A stretch of 64,000 bases of DNA from Octopus sinensis (taxonomy: Eukaryota): positions 19,468,001-19,532,000 of the forward strand of contig NC_043005.1 in the NCBI RefSeq assembly GCF_006345805.1. Reading direction: 5' to 3'. Below are positions 1 through 15,330 of the stretch, one piece after another (positions within the stretch are counted from its first letter, which is position 1; each line of letters opens with the position of its first letter). The notes under the pieces are model-generated. The model made no database searches and was not told the origin of the DNA. It saw only the letters and a list, made by a program, of their open reading frames with translations. The translations under genes were made by a program, and so were the position numbers.

Positions 1-33
1 CTGTGTGCAGCCCTGTGTGGCCAATAAAGAAAC
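1..33 (+). mobile_element. 3' terminus of a Tx1/L1-like LINE, followed by a (CTAT)n tail
   Basis: ctgtgtgcagccctgtgtggccaataaagaaac matches the 3' end of the Tx1-like element at 17746-17800 (minus: ctgtgtttagccctgtgtggccataataaaaa), which also has a (CTAT)n tail. Confidence 0.6.
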
Positions 34-83
<50 letters not shown>

Positions 84-90
84 CTGTGTA

Positions 91-129
<39 letters not shown>

Positions 130-410
130 TTATCTATATCTGTGTATATCTATCTATTTAGCAATCTTTCTTTCTCTCTCTCTCTTTATATATATACATC
201 GAGAGAGGGAGAGAGAGGGGAGAGAGAGAGTGAGAGATAGAGAGAGAGAGAGAGAGAGATGAATGGATGAATGGTTGAACGGACGAATGGACAGACGGAT
301 GAACGGACAGAATAGATGGATGAATATATATGATTATACCTGCATGCATGTTCAATAGCAGACAGACAGTTAACATATAAAATATGCGTGTGTATATTAA
401 ATGTATCTAC

Positions 411-458
<48 letters not shown>

Positions 459-545
459 GAGACTGACAGACAGACAGACGGACAGAGACAGACAGACAGA
501 GACAGACAGAGACAGACAGACAGAGACAGACAGACAGACAGACAC
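34..545. repeat. Compound microsatellite block (CTAT)n,(GA)n,(GT)n,(GACA)n
   Basis: Directly visible. Confidence 0.95.
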
Positions 546-869
546 AGAAGTCTGTCCAAAATGAAACATTAAAAAGATTAACGGATTTATAGCTTCATTT
601 ACAATTCAATCGGATATTTCTCCTGCCGAATAGTTCCTTCCTCTGTTAGTACACCGTTCCCCGTGGGTTTCTCACTACCATCTCCATTTTTGGAATGCTC
701 CTTAGAACGCTTTTTTTATTGATAGGATGCAGCTCTTCTGAAATCAGTGACCGTTTCGAGAAAATATTGACGGCAATGGCCACGTCTGAAGGTTAGCATA
801 ACTGGGAGACGACTGTTGTCTGGTGTTATCTCAGTGTATCATTTATAAGAAGTGAAGCATGAATATGAA

Positions 870-1600
870 CACCGTCATGACGTCGCATCCAAATTTTGTA
901 TAACCAAGCCTACCCCGCACAAACGCTACGGAGTATAAAATATAAAACAGTTTATGAACCGTTTGACCACGTAGAAACATTTTCATGAATGGGGCCCTTC
1001 CAATCCGGACAAAACAATCAACATCATCTTTACGTTTGAGCAACACTGACGCGCTTATTTTGGTTGTGTGAACGATTGACATATTTTTCAACATTATAGC
1101 CGTACCTCACAATTCTTTCCAGAAAGATTTCATAACATTCCAATGTTCTAACTGTTCTTGACTGATAGGAATCGTTTCTTTTTTCATTCATCTGTAAGCA
1201 GAGACAGCAAAGGTTTTGCGGCAACACGATGCATCTTTAATTTTTCTTCTAAAATCCCATTGTATACATTTTTCAAAAACCTACTTCTCAGGAAAATTTA
1301 CAGACTGACTGGTGGCCATTTTAACAGCTCACAGCGTTCATTTTTCATATCCATTGTAATGACATCAGTAGATGCGCTTCCCGCTTTCAAATGCTAGCGC
1401 CAGACATGACTTTCCGTGGGGCTGTTACAACATTAGAAAGTCTCCGTTAAAGTTTTTCCTAAATTAAAACAGAATTTCACTAAACAAGTCGGTCTTCCAA
1501 ATTATAACTTGCCTGATGCGAGGACAGTCAAAGCTCATGTGAGAACTCTCTGGTAGAGACCGCCTCGACTAAAAACATCAGCCTCTACTATGGCATTAAG
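870..1600 (-). mobile_element. Decayed mariner-type transposase remnant
   Basis: Frameshifted minus-strand peptides FNLGKTLTETF..ML, GILEEKLKMHRVAAKPLLSLLTDE, FLERIV..YGYNVEK, ARQCCSNVKMMLIV, FLRGQTVHKLFY resemble mariner transposase motifs. Confidence 0.7.
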
Positions 1601-2061
1601 TGCTCTTTCTTCAAACAGTCAACACATATCCCCACGCATATACACATACACACACGGACACACACATACATACACACACACATTACATATACATACACGC
1701 ATATACACATCACATACTTCAATCGACCATTCTCTTATGCACATATGTAGGTAGACACACAACGGGCAGCCACTCCGACCACAATACTTACTATAAATTC
1801 TTCCTATGACCTTAAACGATACTAAACCCAACCACACACAGATAAACAGCCACAACCACACACACACACGTGCTATCATTACACACACACATACCTGCGC
1901 GCACGCACATTCCCACACATACACATACCTCCTTCTCTTGCACTCTCCTGTCTTTGAAAGAACTTTTTCTTCACCCATTCCCTTCCGGTCATTTCAATAT
2001 GTGACCGTGTGTGTATCGTTGGCGATTTTTTTTGTCCGTCTTCCCTTCTTTGGACTTTCTC

Positions 2062-2100
2062 TATATTTCTGACGATGAGCTCCGCTCGAAACGTGAATTC
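2062..2100 (+). ncRNA. Degenerate minimal type I hammerhead motif
   Basis: CTGACGA-t-GAGC-tcc-GCTC-GAA-ACGT-G; palindromic stem III, but position 17 is G; same family at 44180-44222(-) and 47570-47606(-). Confidence 0.55.
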
Positions 2101-2281
2101 CTCCTTATTGCTTTCCTTCCCTGGCGTCCAATAACATTGTACAAATTCCACGTCCTCACGTGTGGTGGTTTTTTTTTTGTTCATGTTTAGATTAACTATA
2201 CATACATACATACATACATACCTACATACATGTATTATATATATATATATATTATATACTATACATATATATATATTATAT

Positions 2282-2340
<59 letters not shown>

Positions 2341-2346
2341 ATATTA

Positions 2347-2417
<71 letters not shown>

Positions 2418-3129
2418 CAATATTTTTGAGGAACAAATTTTGTATATATAAGTGTTATGAGAAAATTCAGCTCTTTCGTCTTGAAGCACATCTGCTTATT
2501 CCATTCTTACAATCATTTATCAATATTTCTGTTGTATATAAATCAAAATTCCCATTAAAATTGAGGATTATGGAAATAGTATTCCTTACTGTATATAATG
2601 AAACACGTGTAATGAAGAATAAATAATACAACAATATTTCCATTTCCTTGTGTGTTGTGTGTATATATATATATAATATAATATATTATATATATATATA
2701 CATGCATAAGTATATATATAGTATACTTATACATACATAATATATTATATATAATAATATACCAGAATGTTATATACACAAATTAATTCCGGTTGCTAAC
2801 TTCAATCGGATCTCTTTTGAACCGGATGTATATTTTGGGAATTGTATTGTTTTGAATTTTGTATTTAGAAAGATAGAAATATAATTTTCCCCCTCAACGT
2901 TCTCCCCCCCCCACCACACACACACACACGCACGCGCACACACATACATACACACACACACCGTCACCAAATGTCTGTACTGATGACTTCACATCGAAAT
3001 TTTTTCAAAATGAATTACCTCGTAAATTTATTTTTCTATTCATACGTTTGACCTACTGAGCTGTTACAGATTCTTTGTAAAGAGGAACTCTATATATGGT
3101 CAAAGCTGTTATTATATTCTTGAAGTATA

Positions 3130-3209
<80 letters not shown>

Positions 3210-3793
3210 TGTGTGTGTGTATGTGTGTGTGTTTACATTGATTGTTAAATTTTGCATGAGAACTTAAATCAAGCATAAAAATGTAGATCAGTGATCATGA
3301 GTCCATAAAAATTTGACGGCAATTGTAATTCCAGCAGGAAAACAATAATATATGTAAGTCAGGCGATGTGTTTATTAAAGAATTAAATTCCTGGCATTAC
3401 AACAACAAAACTAGTTTGAATCTGCCTGAGTTTTTTTTTCTGTTTTCTTTTCTTTTTCTTTCGTAATCAGAGGAGAGGCATTGGCCATGACTGTTTCGGG
3501 ATTTCCAACATTCTGGGAAGGAAACGGGTTCGTTTTTCTAAGACAGACAACCTAATGTGAATGTTTACGATAAAGTGAATTTTGCCAAATGCATTCATGG
3601 GTGAAATTGTGGTGTTATATTAGATGGAGAATCCTCCATCTGATAACCAACAAGGGCAGGCTTCCAACCAGATTTAACTGACCCGACGTAACGATAGAAC
3701 CCAGTTGCCTTTGGTTCTATATGAAATCGAAACCGATACCAAGCAACTGTGTCAAAAACTTCCTAACCATAAAACTACAAGTGTTAGATAATT

Positions 3794-4064
3794 AAACAAT
3801 TGCAGCGTGGAAGGTGTTTGTAAGCCATTTAAGAAACACACAAAAGCCGTTTCACTTCAACATTTAAGTTTAATTTGTCAAAATATTTTCGTCTCTTTTC
3901 ACTGACAAAAATCCGTGCTGCGTGGATTTTTGTCAGTGAACAGGTCGCGGTCTTAAAGCGACGAAAATATTTTGAAAAAATTAAACTTAAATGTTGAAGT
4001 GAATCGAACGGCTTTTGTGTGTTTCTTAAATGGCTTACAAACACCTTCCACGCTGCAATTGTTT
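3794..4064. repeat. ~270-bp head-to-head foldback of a Penelope-like short repeat
   Basis: 3794-3915 is the reverse complement of ~3920-4064 apart from an internal deletion in the left arm. Confidence 0.9.
3929..3979 (+). ncRNA. Minimal type I hammerhead with G3-C8 variant core
   Basis: TTTGTCA|GTGAACA|g|GTCGC-ggtcttaaa-GCGAC|GAA|AATATT|T|TGAAAAA (left arm gives TGACAAA, a perfect 7-bp stem I). Confidence 0.7.
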
Positions 4065-6169
4065 TCGTTCCAGCACACGATCTCAGATCAAATCACTTGC
4101 TATGCAAGTACATCTCCGTAAATGTTAGATAATTATTTGATCTTTATTTTGAGATATGAGCCTTAATGTGGTTTTATGCTTTTGTTCGCATCATCTTATC
4201 ATATATAATAGATATGTAATCTAATAGATATCTATTGCTGGCAAGCGAATATGTCTTGCTAACATTTTACCGTACTTTCACTTATTGTTGTAATGGCCTG
4301 TGTAGTTGCGAGTAGATATAGACACCCTCTCAGTCATCCAACCCTTGACACGATGAAGTAACAAGCATTTGACATCTAAGAAGAGGAGATGCACTAAACT
4401 AGTATTCCTTTTCAGTAGAATAAACTGGAGTAACTTTAAACAATGTGCCTTGCCGAAGGACACGTTGTGTCGTCTGCTAGAAATCGAGACCACGACCTTA
4501 TGATTATGGTATCAACAATATACCACTCGTCCACTAGTGTTCAAATTATTAATAATGCCGTTTTCACTTTTATGCAGCATGTATTCTTTTTAAAATTTCA
4601 AAATACTTGTATGTTGACAGTTTCTATAGCTCCTTTCTCATCGATTATTTAGTAAAAACGAGACCGAGATGTCTTGCTGAGTACATAGGTTTAGGTTCCT
4701 AGTCTTGAGAAATATATTTCTATGGCATGACTTATCTCCTTGTCTATCTATACGAACATATCTCAGACAATTACGACCCGGTTGTTGTCATGTACCGTCT
4801 ATGGTACATCATAGTACTTCACATCTAATTCTTTACATGTCGAAGTGTCGGTATATTTTTTACTGGTTATATTCATCATAATCCTCATAGATACCTACGG
4901 AGAATTGTATGAAATGATTTTATTTATTAAGGACATAACTGCATTTGCTTTCGGTGTCTTTTTTTATTTGTCCAACTAAAAGAAATTATTTCATGATGGT
5001 AGTTGTATAGATGGTGTTTTTAACTCAGAACGCACAGTTAGAGTAGTTACCACAACGCACACCATCCAACGCTCTAGCAATTCTGCAAATCCACTGCTTT
5101 CGGTTGGTGCTTCATTTATCGATTCTGAAAGAATGAAAGGTACAGTTAGCCTCGGCGGAATTTTAAACTAAAGAGCGTAGAACCTGAACAGATGCATATA
5201 AGGTATTTAATTCGAGGCTGTAACGCTTCCGTCATTTAGCTGTCTTAGTATAGCTACTAACAAGAACATGTAAGAGGATATACTCGCACTTATCAAAGAA
5301 TGGGCGGTCAGAAATAATGCCGACAGTTATCTCACTGGACAAATTGTGTTGTCTGCACCCGAGAGCAGCTGCTTGTTTCATGATTTAGATTTTATAATAA
5401 TTTGCGGCCGGGTGGTCTTGATCTCATGAAACATAAGTCAGACTATTCATTCCCACCTTTATCTCAGAATCAAAAGCTCTCAGCTAAATGTTAAAGTTTG
5501 ATTTTAGCTTTTATTCCGGCACACTTTCCTCTCAGTTAAGTCTTGCTAAATGCAAACCATAAAATGTTTTATCTTTCTACTTTTGATTTAGTTTATATTG
5601 AAACTCTTTTGTTACCTTTTGTTGTATTATTTTAACAGCTTCATTCGTTTTCTCATTTACTTATTTTTCTCCTGTATAATTCGTATCTACTTTGTACTTT
5701 ATTGTTACCATAAATAATGAGACAGTTTTCCTTAGGGTAATATGTGTTTCTTTATTACACTCATCAGTTCTCTTTACTCACTTCTAAACAGTAATTAGTC
5801 TCTGTTGTTACTATTTGCAAGCAGGTATATCCTATCGTCTTTGTGGAGACTTGTGCATTTTGCCTTCTCAAGAGTTATGTTGTGGTGTTTATATTATTTG
5901 GCTTGGAGTATGTTATCTTTTTTCTCTGATGCGAGGTTTATTTTATTTTATTTTATCTTATTTTCTTTATTTATAAGAGGAATCTTATTATTTCTTAGTG
6001 TCCTTACATTCGCCATTGTGCTTACATTTATATTTATAAATCGGTAGGTTTTGTTCATAGAGCTTACGTGGGTTGGATAAAGCATTGATGCACATAACAA
6101 TGTAATATAATCCATCCAATGCTCGTTTCTTATTGGTTTAACGTTTTGTTAATATTACATTTTTGATAA

Positions 6170-8375
6170 TTCTTTATTTATTGGCCACAAGGGCCGCGAA
6201 AACATTTAGAACCATATATAGACAACGTGTAAACAATTTAGAACCATATATAGACAAAGAAAACGCGTAAACAATAAAATCCAATAACAATTAGCAAAAA
6301 CATTTTAACAAATTCCCCAGTGGGTGGGGGAAGTACCATCAGGGGGTCCACCAAGGAACCTTACAGATCTTGATCCACTTTACTCATCAGGAGTACCATG
6401 TCAAGTGCCCCTCTCTCCTCCTTACCTACAGGCACCAACTTAGAGTAGGCCCACTCACTCGGACCAACATCGTCACATTCACCCACCTTTTAGCAAATTT
6501 ACTGGTGGCGGTGGGGTGGAAGAAGCGCATACCCATCAACCCTCACCTTCCTCTTCAAATGAAATTTAAAGAAGTCGATGAAGACTTGGTCGAAGAGGAA
6601 CACACCTGTCTTCAGTCTCATCTACCAAACAATCGTTTTTGCCATAGCCACAAAATACAGATGAACCACCTGTCCTTCTTGACTAAGGAAGGTGATGGGT
6701 TGACCTTCATGATGGAGTTCGCCGATAGCCCAACCCGTCTTATATGTAACAGCAACTGTTTGACCTAATTCCACTAGTCAGCAATACGTGAGCATTGTAA
6801 AACACTGGCAGAACGGTTTAAACGTTCTGCACGCATCTCGAACAGACCCAACTGTTGGCACTACCATGCTTGTATAGTTCATCGGTAGAAGTACCAGACT
6901 GGGGTCTTCTGGAAATTATCCTCCGGAACAGACCAGCCAGTTGATTTTCATTGACGCCTATAGTTTTCCGAGGAGGTCGTCGCTCTTGCCCACCTCTAAC
7001 CCTCTATAGAACGTCATAATTGAACATCCACCGACCACATAGCCTGATCAGTAGAGAACAGTGAGCACCTGAAAGCATTTCATGTGCAAGGCACCCTGCC
7101 GCTGTCTGCGCTTCATCAAAGACTGCTGCACTGTCAAAGAGACAAGCTGCGGAAAGTGCGTCTAACAAACGGCGACCACATCTGATAATCGGCAAGGAGA
7201 CATTGGAGACGTCGTAGCCACAGCGCATATCTTTGCGTCATCTGCCCAGTCCTTTACACAGCGGATACTGACAACAAATGGACCAATTGACCAGCGGGAC
7301 GTATCCCTCCCACAAAAAGGGAAAGAACAAACGTCCCATTTTCGTCAGCCAATAAGTAAAGCAAGGCACGACGGTCAGTTGGTAGTAGATGACAGATGTG
7401 ATATAGGCACTGTTTACGTCCACCTGACCGTTCAGGAATAGTTTCTTCTCAATCCATTGCTGGGTAAGAATAGCCACACTTCTCAACTCTTCCCAGTTCT
7501 TGTCCACCTGGAAGTCTGTACGAAGCTAAACCTCATGCAATTTAACCGGTTCGTCCGTCCATCCAGTGCCCCACAACACTGTTGGGCAGCAGCCTAGACT
7601 CGCCTCTCCAGATATGAGCTGCAAGCTCAACGATTTGTCTTAGTTAATTTTTGTTCCTTATATTCCCTTAGAGTAATGCCAACCACCTCGAAAAGTTTAA
7701 TGTCCGACAATATTACGGTGATGTTGTCCACAAAAGCAAACGTGGATATTCTGCATTCTATCCCTTGCGGAATGTCCCTCGAAACCTTCTACTTTTGTAG
7801 TAATGGTTCTAGTGTCAATGCGTACGTACAGAAGTATGGCGAACGAGCACGATAATGAACAATTCCAACAGGTGACCAATTACTCTGACCACCAAGTAAA
7901 TGTCGCTGTACACTGTTGTGATACAGCGTCTGAACACGGAACAAGCCGCCTTCAGTACAGCCGCAAAGCTTTCGATCGATCTAAATTTATCAAAGTTCCA
8001 CTCAAGTCAGGTTCTTTACCCACCCATTTTATGATTTATTGCTTAATGTAAAGACTGTTGTGGATAGACCTGTTTGGTATGGCACATGTCTTTACCTCAC
8101 GCACCAATGTACCAACGACAGTCAAAATCTTCGATTTTACATTTAGCAGAATTATGGGTCTAAAGTTTTTAAAGTCAGTCCCCTTGTTTGTGTTTATTTT
8201 CACCAGCACTACTACACCTCTTCTAGAAGGATTGGTGATTTTTCTGTTCTGCTGCCATTTGCCGTAGACAACTGCCAAGAGGACCTCGAATGAGTCTGGC
8301 ATATGGCAATAAAGCTCGTAGGGCGGACCATCCAGGTACAGCGGCTTCCTCGTATAGCTGTTAACAGACAAAGCG
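6170..8375 (-). mobile_element. 5'-truncated, decayed Tx1/L1-like LINE (RT through 3' UTR)
   Basis: Peptides KNFRPIILLNVKSKIL, TCAIPNRSIHNSL, SKAFDR, VIYYQLTVVPC..FLWEG..SICCQYPLCKGLG; 3' end ggcccttgtggccaataaa. Confidence 0.85.
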
Positions 8376-10616
8376 TCAGAAAAATAACTTGTGTTATTTA
8401 GTTTTACTTTCTGAGTTCAAATTCCGCCATATTAAACGGCGCATTATATTTTTCTTGGTCAGAAGTATATATCAAATAGTTGTCCGTTATTATTGAGAGT
8501 AATCTTCAACCATTGATTATGTCCATGGGGTCAATGTTAACGATTGTTACAGAAGGAATGTCTTAATGTATTTAGTTATATATCCTTAAATGTGATCTTT
8601 AAATTCTACTGGGGCAGTTATTTTTCATTTCAGTAGAGAAAGTTAGATGAGTAAAATAAATAAAAATTATTCATTGCGAATGAACCAGACAGCCGAAGCT
8701 TTACAGACTATCTTTCATTTATTTCTGTCTTGACCACTGGGCAATACTTGTCCTTCAATCTCAATGTCAATCTACAAGTTAATACACACGCGCGCGTGCA
8801 TACATACATACATACATACATACATACATACATACATACATACATACATTACAAACAGGGAGGAATTATCAATCAGGGAAAAATACTGCATATGTATGTA
8901 TGCATGCATACATACATACATGCATACATACACATACATATATACGTGTGTGTGTGTGTGCGTGCGTGCATTATTTGACATACAGCCCAGTCTTTTGGGC
9001 TGAATGTATAGATATGGTTATTATAGGTTAAGAGTCTACTCTGAGGCTTGTTCTTGCAATTCAGCTAACTTATGTGTCCCATAGTTGTGAACATCCAAGC
9101 CAAAGGCGAGATTAAAGAAAGACTACCAATATTTGATATACTAAACATATACACACACATATGCATTTATACTTATATATATATGCGTATGTCTATACAT
9201 ATATGCGTATGTCTATATATGTATGTCTATACACACACACGTAAAGAAATTCTTTGTGAAAGACTTGCGACTCTAAACGCTACCAAAATAAGGATGAAGG
9301 ATTATTCCTTTGAATTGTTGTGCTTTGAAAAAAGCAATTCTAAAAATGTATTAAATAACATCGGAATAGATAATAATCTCTTTGCAGAGGAGCATGAAAT
9401 TTGCGATTGAATGGCATCCTGTCTCTCGGAGAATATTTTTTCTCATCCACTTAATGGTATGAAAATGGAAAGTCTCACCAAATTGAGAGATCAAAAAAGA
9501 GAAAGAGAACGGTGGAGAGAAAACGAGAAATGAGGACTGGGAAAAAGATGGAGGAGGTAGGAAGAGAGCGGAGATATTGTAAAGTAATTCAGTTTCCAAA
9601 TATACAATTTCGTCTTTCTAGCAATTTCAGTGGTTTTGTTTCAGTAATTCTATTTTCAAACTTTAGTACTTGTATAATTATATAAACGAGCAATGCAGGA
9701 TCTAGAAGACTTACAGCATCTCCAATCAACATCATCATCAACAACAGTTACCAATAATAATAATGATGATAATAATATAACATCAGCAAAAACTATCGAA
9801 ATACTGAAAAAACAGCAGCGTTAAGATGAAAGAGAAAGTAATCCAGTCATTAACTAAATAAAATCGCCAACGGATCAAACGAACGGCTAAGCATTAGTCT
9901 CGTCAAAAGATTTACACAATTATTATCAAACCAGACAGAGATTAATTAAATCCAACGAACGTAGTTTGAAATACGAAAACAGATACACCTTAGAATAATA
10001 AACATTATCAACGAGTTGGCTCGTTCCTGATGCTCGCATTTCATTTTGTTTGTTGTTAGTGTTGTTTTTATTGCTATTGGATGGTTAAAAACATCACTGT
10101 ATTTAAAGAAAAATAACATCGATCCCGAGAGATGCTTCACCAACCTCCTCATGCTATAACTTCCAAAATAAAATATATGTATTAATGGGGATTTTTATAC
10201 TGAAAATATCCAGATGTATGATCTTTCTCGGAATAAGAGGATTTGAAAGAAGTTACTAAAAAGCTTAAATAAACAGACTAATTTCCCGATCTTTGAGTTT
10301 AGAACATCACTTTATCACTCAAAAATTATTTTGTCTGGCGAACGGCGAAGATTTTCCAAATATTTTCCTGAAGCCATGGTTGCCAAACGAAACGATGCTA
10401 CCTCCTGAATGACAGAAATGACACTGATGACCTAAAGTCAACAATCATCCATGAATTTTTGTAGTGAACCATACATTTTATTAGATATTAATGGCCGAAG
10501 TATCCTTTGTAACAAATATTACAACATCCAACTTAATCTGGATGTGTAGTTTATAACGCCGTTGACTGCAGTGGTTGTCTCTAAAAATCATTTCGTGTAA
10601 AAGAAATTCTATCGGT

Positions 10617-10764
10617 TGACTAAATTTCGTCAGTGCTGGCAGATGACGTTATTGTAGCACGTGATTTCACCACGTTGCGGATCATCAGCATTAGGAAACT
10701 AAGCAATACGATGTAATTACATGATACAGCAGTGCCATCCACCGGCACAGACGAAATTTAGTCA
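10617..10764. mobile_element. MITE-like element with ~28-bp imperfect terminal inverted repeats
   Basis: tgactaaatttcgtcagtgctggcagatg ... catccaccggcacagacgaaatttagtca. Confidence 0.6.
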
Positions 10765-10779
10765 TTTAGTTATTATTTA

Positions 10780-11000
10780 AAGCGGCAATCTTGCAAAAAC
10801 GTTTGAATGGCGGACAAAATGCATAGCGGTATTTCGTCCGTCTTTACGTTCCGAGTTCAAATTCCGAGGAGTTCGACATTGCTGTTCGTTCTTTCAGGTT
10901 CGATGACATAATTACCTATTGAGCACTGGGGTCTATGTCACCGACTAATCCCGTCCCCACAAAATTTCGAGTCTTCTACCTATTGTAGAAAGGACTATTA
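10780..11000 (+). mobile_element. tRNA-derived SINE family A (aaggcggcgagctggcag head), decayed
   Basis: Head, gagttcaaattcc B-box, gtcgac central block, tail gtagaaagga. Confidence 0.75.
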
Positions 11001-11007
11001 TCATTTT

Positions 11008-11221
11008 TTAAGGCGGCGAGCGGGCAGACTCGTAAGCACGACGGAGAAAATATTTAGCGGCATTTTCCCGACTTCATGCTTTAAGTTCAAATGCAGTCGA
11101 AGTCGACTTTCCCTTTCATCTTATCGGGATCGATAAAATAAATACCATTTGAGTAGGGGAGTCGATGGAATCGACTAGACTCCACCACAAAATTTCTGGC
11201 TTTGCACCTATAGTAGAAAGA

Positions 11222-11222
<1 letters not shown>
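11008..11222 (+). mobile_element. SINE family A with (ATT)n tail
   Basis: aaggcggcgagcgggcagac...gtcgactttccctttcatc...cctatagtagaaagaattattatt. Confidence 0.8.
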
Positions 11223-11254
<32 letters not shown>

Positions 11255-11800
11255 GAGTGAGGAGCAGTTCATGCATCAAAGTGACACTGGGGTAAAATAC
11301 GAAGCCCAATATACCCATCATGACTACCGTCTGATAAAGGTCACAGGCACATGCATCACAACCATATGTGCGCGACATGGTGATCTCATATCAAGATAAA
11401 CAGCACATGGCCTTGCAGGTGGGGCCCAGTTAGAATTTTCTCAGGTTGAGTAGCCCATCCTGCTCAAAGGTCCCTGATAGGGTTGCTTTAGGATGTGAAC
11501 GAAACACCTATGTTTCCAGAGGTGAACCATTCAACTCCAAAGAATCCCTCTCACACATGGCCATGATCTCCCCCACTACTTCTGCTCATGATCAGAGATG
11601 CACGTATTGTCAGCCACTAAGGACATGCTCAACTGGTTAAGGTCAACAACTGACAAGCAAATCTGTGGTTGAGCAGAATATTTCTGTAGCCCATCTTTAA
11701 CCAAGACAAAACATGTACATGATAACACTTCCATCAGTTAAGATCAGAAGCATGAGAGCCTGCCTCCATGAGAGCCACTGCTTTATGAGAGCCACTGCCT
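11255..11800 (-). mobile_element. ~540-bp (AAT)n-flanked non-coding element, copy 1
   Basis: Reverse complement of 37260-37801; (ATT)n on both sides; 5' end catgagagcc(a)ctgc present three times. Confidence 0.85.
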
Positions 11801-11807
11801 ATTATTA

Positions 11808-11838
<31 letters not shown>

Positions 11839-11896
11839 TTTGTTTTTGTTTCGTCATCGTCGTTGTTGTTATATCATTATTATTATATTATTATTA

Positions 11897-11933
<37 letters not shown>

Positions 11934-11939
11934 TTTATG

Positions 11940-12961
11940 AACTTTTAATATGCTGTTTATTACAATCACTTGCCGAGACACACCCAGCATCCGAAGTTAT
12001 GGCTTTATTAACATTAGTTGATCTTTACAGCCATATGAGCCTTTGCGGCATCCTTTCTGCTCTTCTGGAAACAGGTTGTTTTCGTCCAGGTGCTTGTTCA
12101 ACCTTTGCGATATCACCGCAGTAAATGCCTTGTACATTGTAGGGAGACAGGTTATTGGTCTGTAGTTTTCTGCTTTTACTGTCTCATTTGATTTGGGAAT
12201 TAAGATGGTTTTCCCCTTCGTGAGCCATTCAGGCATTGTCTCTGGCGGTGCTAGTATGTTGTTAAAGTTTTCAGCCAGCTTTTTGTGCATTCCTGTTAGA
12301 TATTTCAACAATAAGTTGGGGATCTTGTCATGCCCAGGTGCCTTCCAGTTGCTTAGTCTTTGCAGTGCCTGGGTGACCTCTTGAGGTGTTATAGGGGTTC
12401 AAAGTTGCTCAGATGCTGAGTTTGTTGTTTTAATACTCCTTTTCTTTTTTGTTCGTTCGCCGATCATATTTCTCTCCAGAATTCTTCCACTTCTTCTGCC
12501 GTTGGTGCTGCAGTGATTTCTATTTTATTTTTGCCAAGTTCTTGGTAGAACTTTTTGGGGTTGGAGTTGAACTTTTTGTTTCGTTCAAAGAAGCGTTGGC
12601 GTTTCTCGTACCGGCGGATCCTTTGTGCGTTGGAAAGGATATCTTGCTTTAGCTTTTCTTTTATCTCAGGTAAATCGTTTTCTGGGATGTTGTATTTGCG
12701 GAGTATTTTTGTTTTCTTTTTGTTGCTCAGTAGCGTTGATTGTCTACTGATTTCATTAAGAATCGACAGATCTTTTCTCATTTTTTGTATTTTGTTTTGG
12801 ATGTTATTTATCCACAGGGTTTGTTTGGGTGGTGGTACTCCTGTTTGGATGGGTTTGAGTGAGTATCCAGCTTCTTTTGTGGCTGCAGTAGCTGCTGCGT
12901 ATACTAAGTCATTTAGCTCAGTGATATCGCTTTTTGTTTCGGTGGCTATTAGTTTTCAGTG
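11940..12961 (-). mobile_element. R4/Dong-like non-LTR retrotransposon fragment (N-terminal region to start of RT)
   Basis: YAAATAATKEAGY..., GHDKIPNLLLK, NYRPITCLPTMYK, FPEEQKGCRKGSYGCKDQL; bounded by (ATT)n arrays. Confidence 0.85.
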
Positions 12962-12962
12962 G

Positions 12963-14230
<1,268 letters not shown>

Positions 14231-14255
14231 TTATTATATTATTATTATTATTACT

Positions 14256-14720
14256 GAGTGAAAGTTCAGTGCATGCCATCATAGTGACACTGAGGTAAAA
14301 TATACGAAGCCCAATATACTCATCGTGACTACCCGTCTGATAAGGGTACACTAGGCACATGCATCACAGCCATATGTGCTTGACATGATGATCTCATGTC
14401 AAGATAAACAGCGCATGACCATGCAAGTGGGGCCCAGTTAGAATTTTCAACAGGTCGAGTAGCCCATCCTGCTCAAAAGGTCCATGAATAAAGGTTGTTT
14501 AAGGATGTTGAATGAAACATCCATGTTTCCAAGGGTGAATTACCCAAACCGCAAAGATTTCCTCTCAACACATGGCTACGATGCTCCCTTACTACTTCTC
14601 CTCGTGATCAGAGATGCACATATCTTCAGACACCAAGGGATATGCTCAACTGATCATGGTCAAACAACTGACAAGCAAATCTGTAGTTTTGAGCAGAATA
14701 TTTGCTGTAGCCCATCTTTT
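14256..14720 (-). mobile_element. ~540-bp element, copy 2 (5'-truncated)
   Basis: Homologous to 11255-11700; follows an (ATT)n array. Confidence 0.85.
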
Positions 14721-14764
14721 ATTGTTGTTGTTGTTGTTGTTAGGGACTGAGTCAATAGTTTCAT

Positions 14765-15043
14765 TCTTGCTTACCAGCCACATGGTTCCGAGTTCAGTCC
14801 CATTGCGTGGCACCTTGGGCAAGTGTCTTCTACTATAGCCTCGGACTGACCAAAGCCTTGTGATTGGATTTGGTAGACCCGAAACTGAAAGAAGCCCGTC
14901 GTATATATGTATATATATATATGTATGTGTGTGTATATGTTTGTGTGTTTGTGTTTGTCCCCCCCCCAACATCGCTTGACAACCGATGCTGATGTGTTTA
15001 CGTCGCCGTAACATAGCGGTTCGGCAAAAGAGACCGATAGAAC
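14765..15043 (+). mobile_element. CORE-like tRNA SINE family B, partial
   Basis: ggttccgagttcagtccc B-box; gtggcaccttgggcaagtgtcttctactatagcc resembles the MIR/CORE block; internal (TA/GT)n. Confidence 0.8.
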
Positions 15044-15330
15044 CTACATACGTTAATACGTGAAAAGCAAAATACGAATTTTGAAAGAAGAATCTATAAA
15101 GCTAGTTTTTAAACATTGAATGGCTATAGGAGTCCACAAAAAAAAAAAAACAGTTATCGAAGGGGCCCGTAGATAAAAAAAAAAGTCGCCGAAATCTCCT
15201 GATCTAGATGGTAGTCTTAGAATATATATTAGATATTCACATTTCAATATTTCATATTATATACATTCAAACTCACACCCTAACTATCCTGCTGAAATCA
15301 GTGTTTCACAATATATATATATGATGATAG

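Noticed and set aside
6370-6768. 132-aa plus-strand ORF (likewise 12555-13148+)
   Set aside because: Antisense shadow frames of minus-strand LINE remnants
9693-9825. Short ORF MQDLEDLQHLQSTSSSTTVTNNNN...
   Set aside because: Low-complexity (CAT/AAT)n content, ~43 aa, no supporting exon structure
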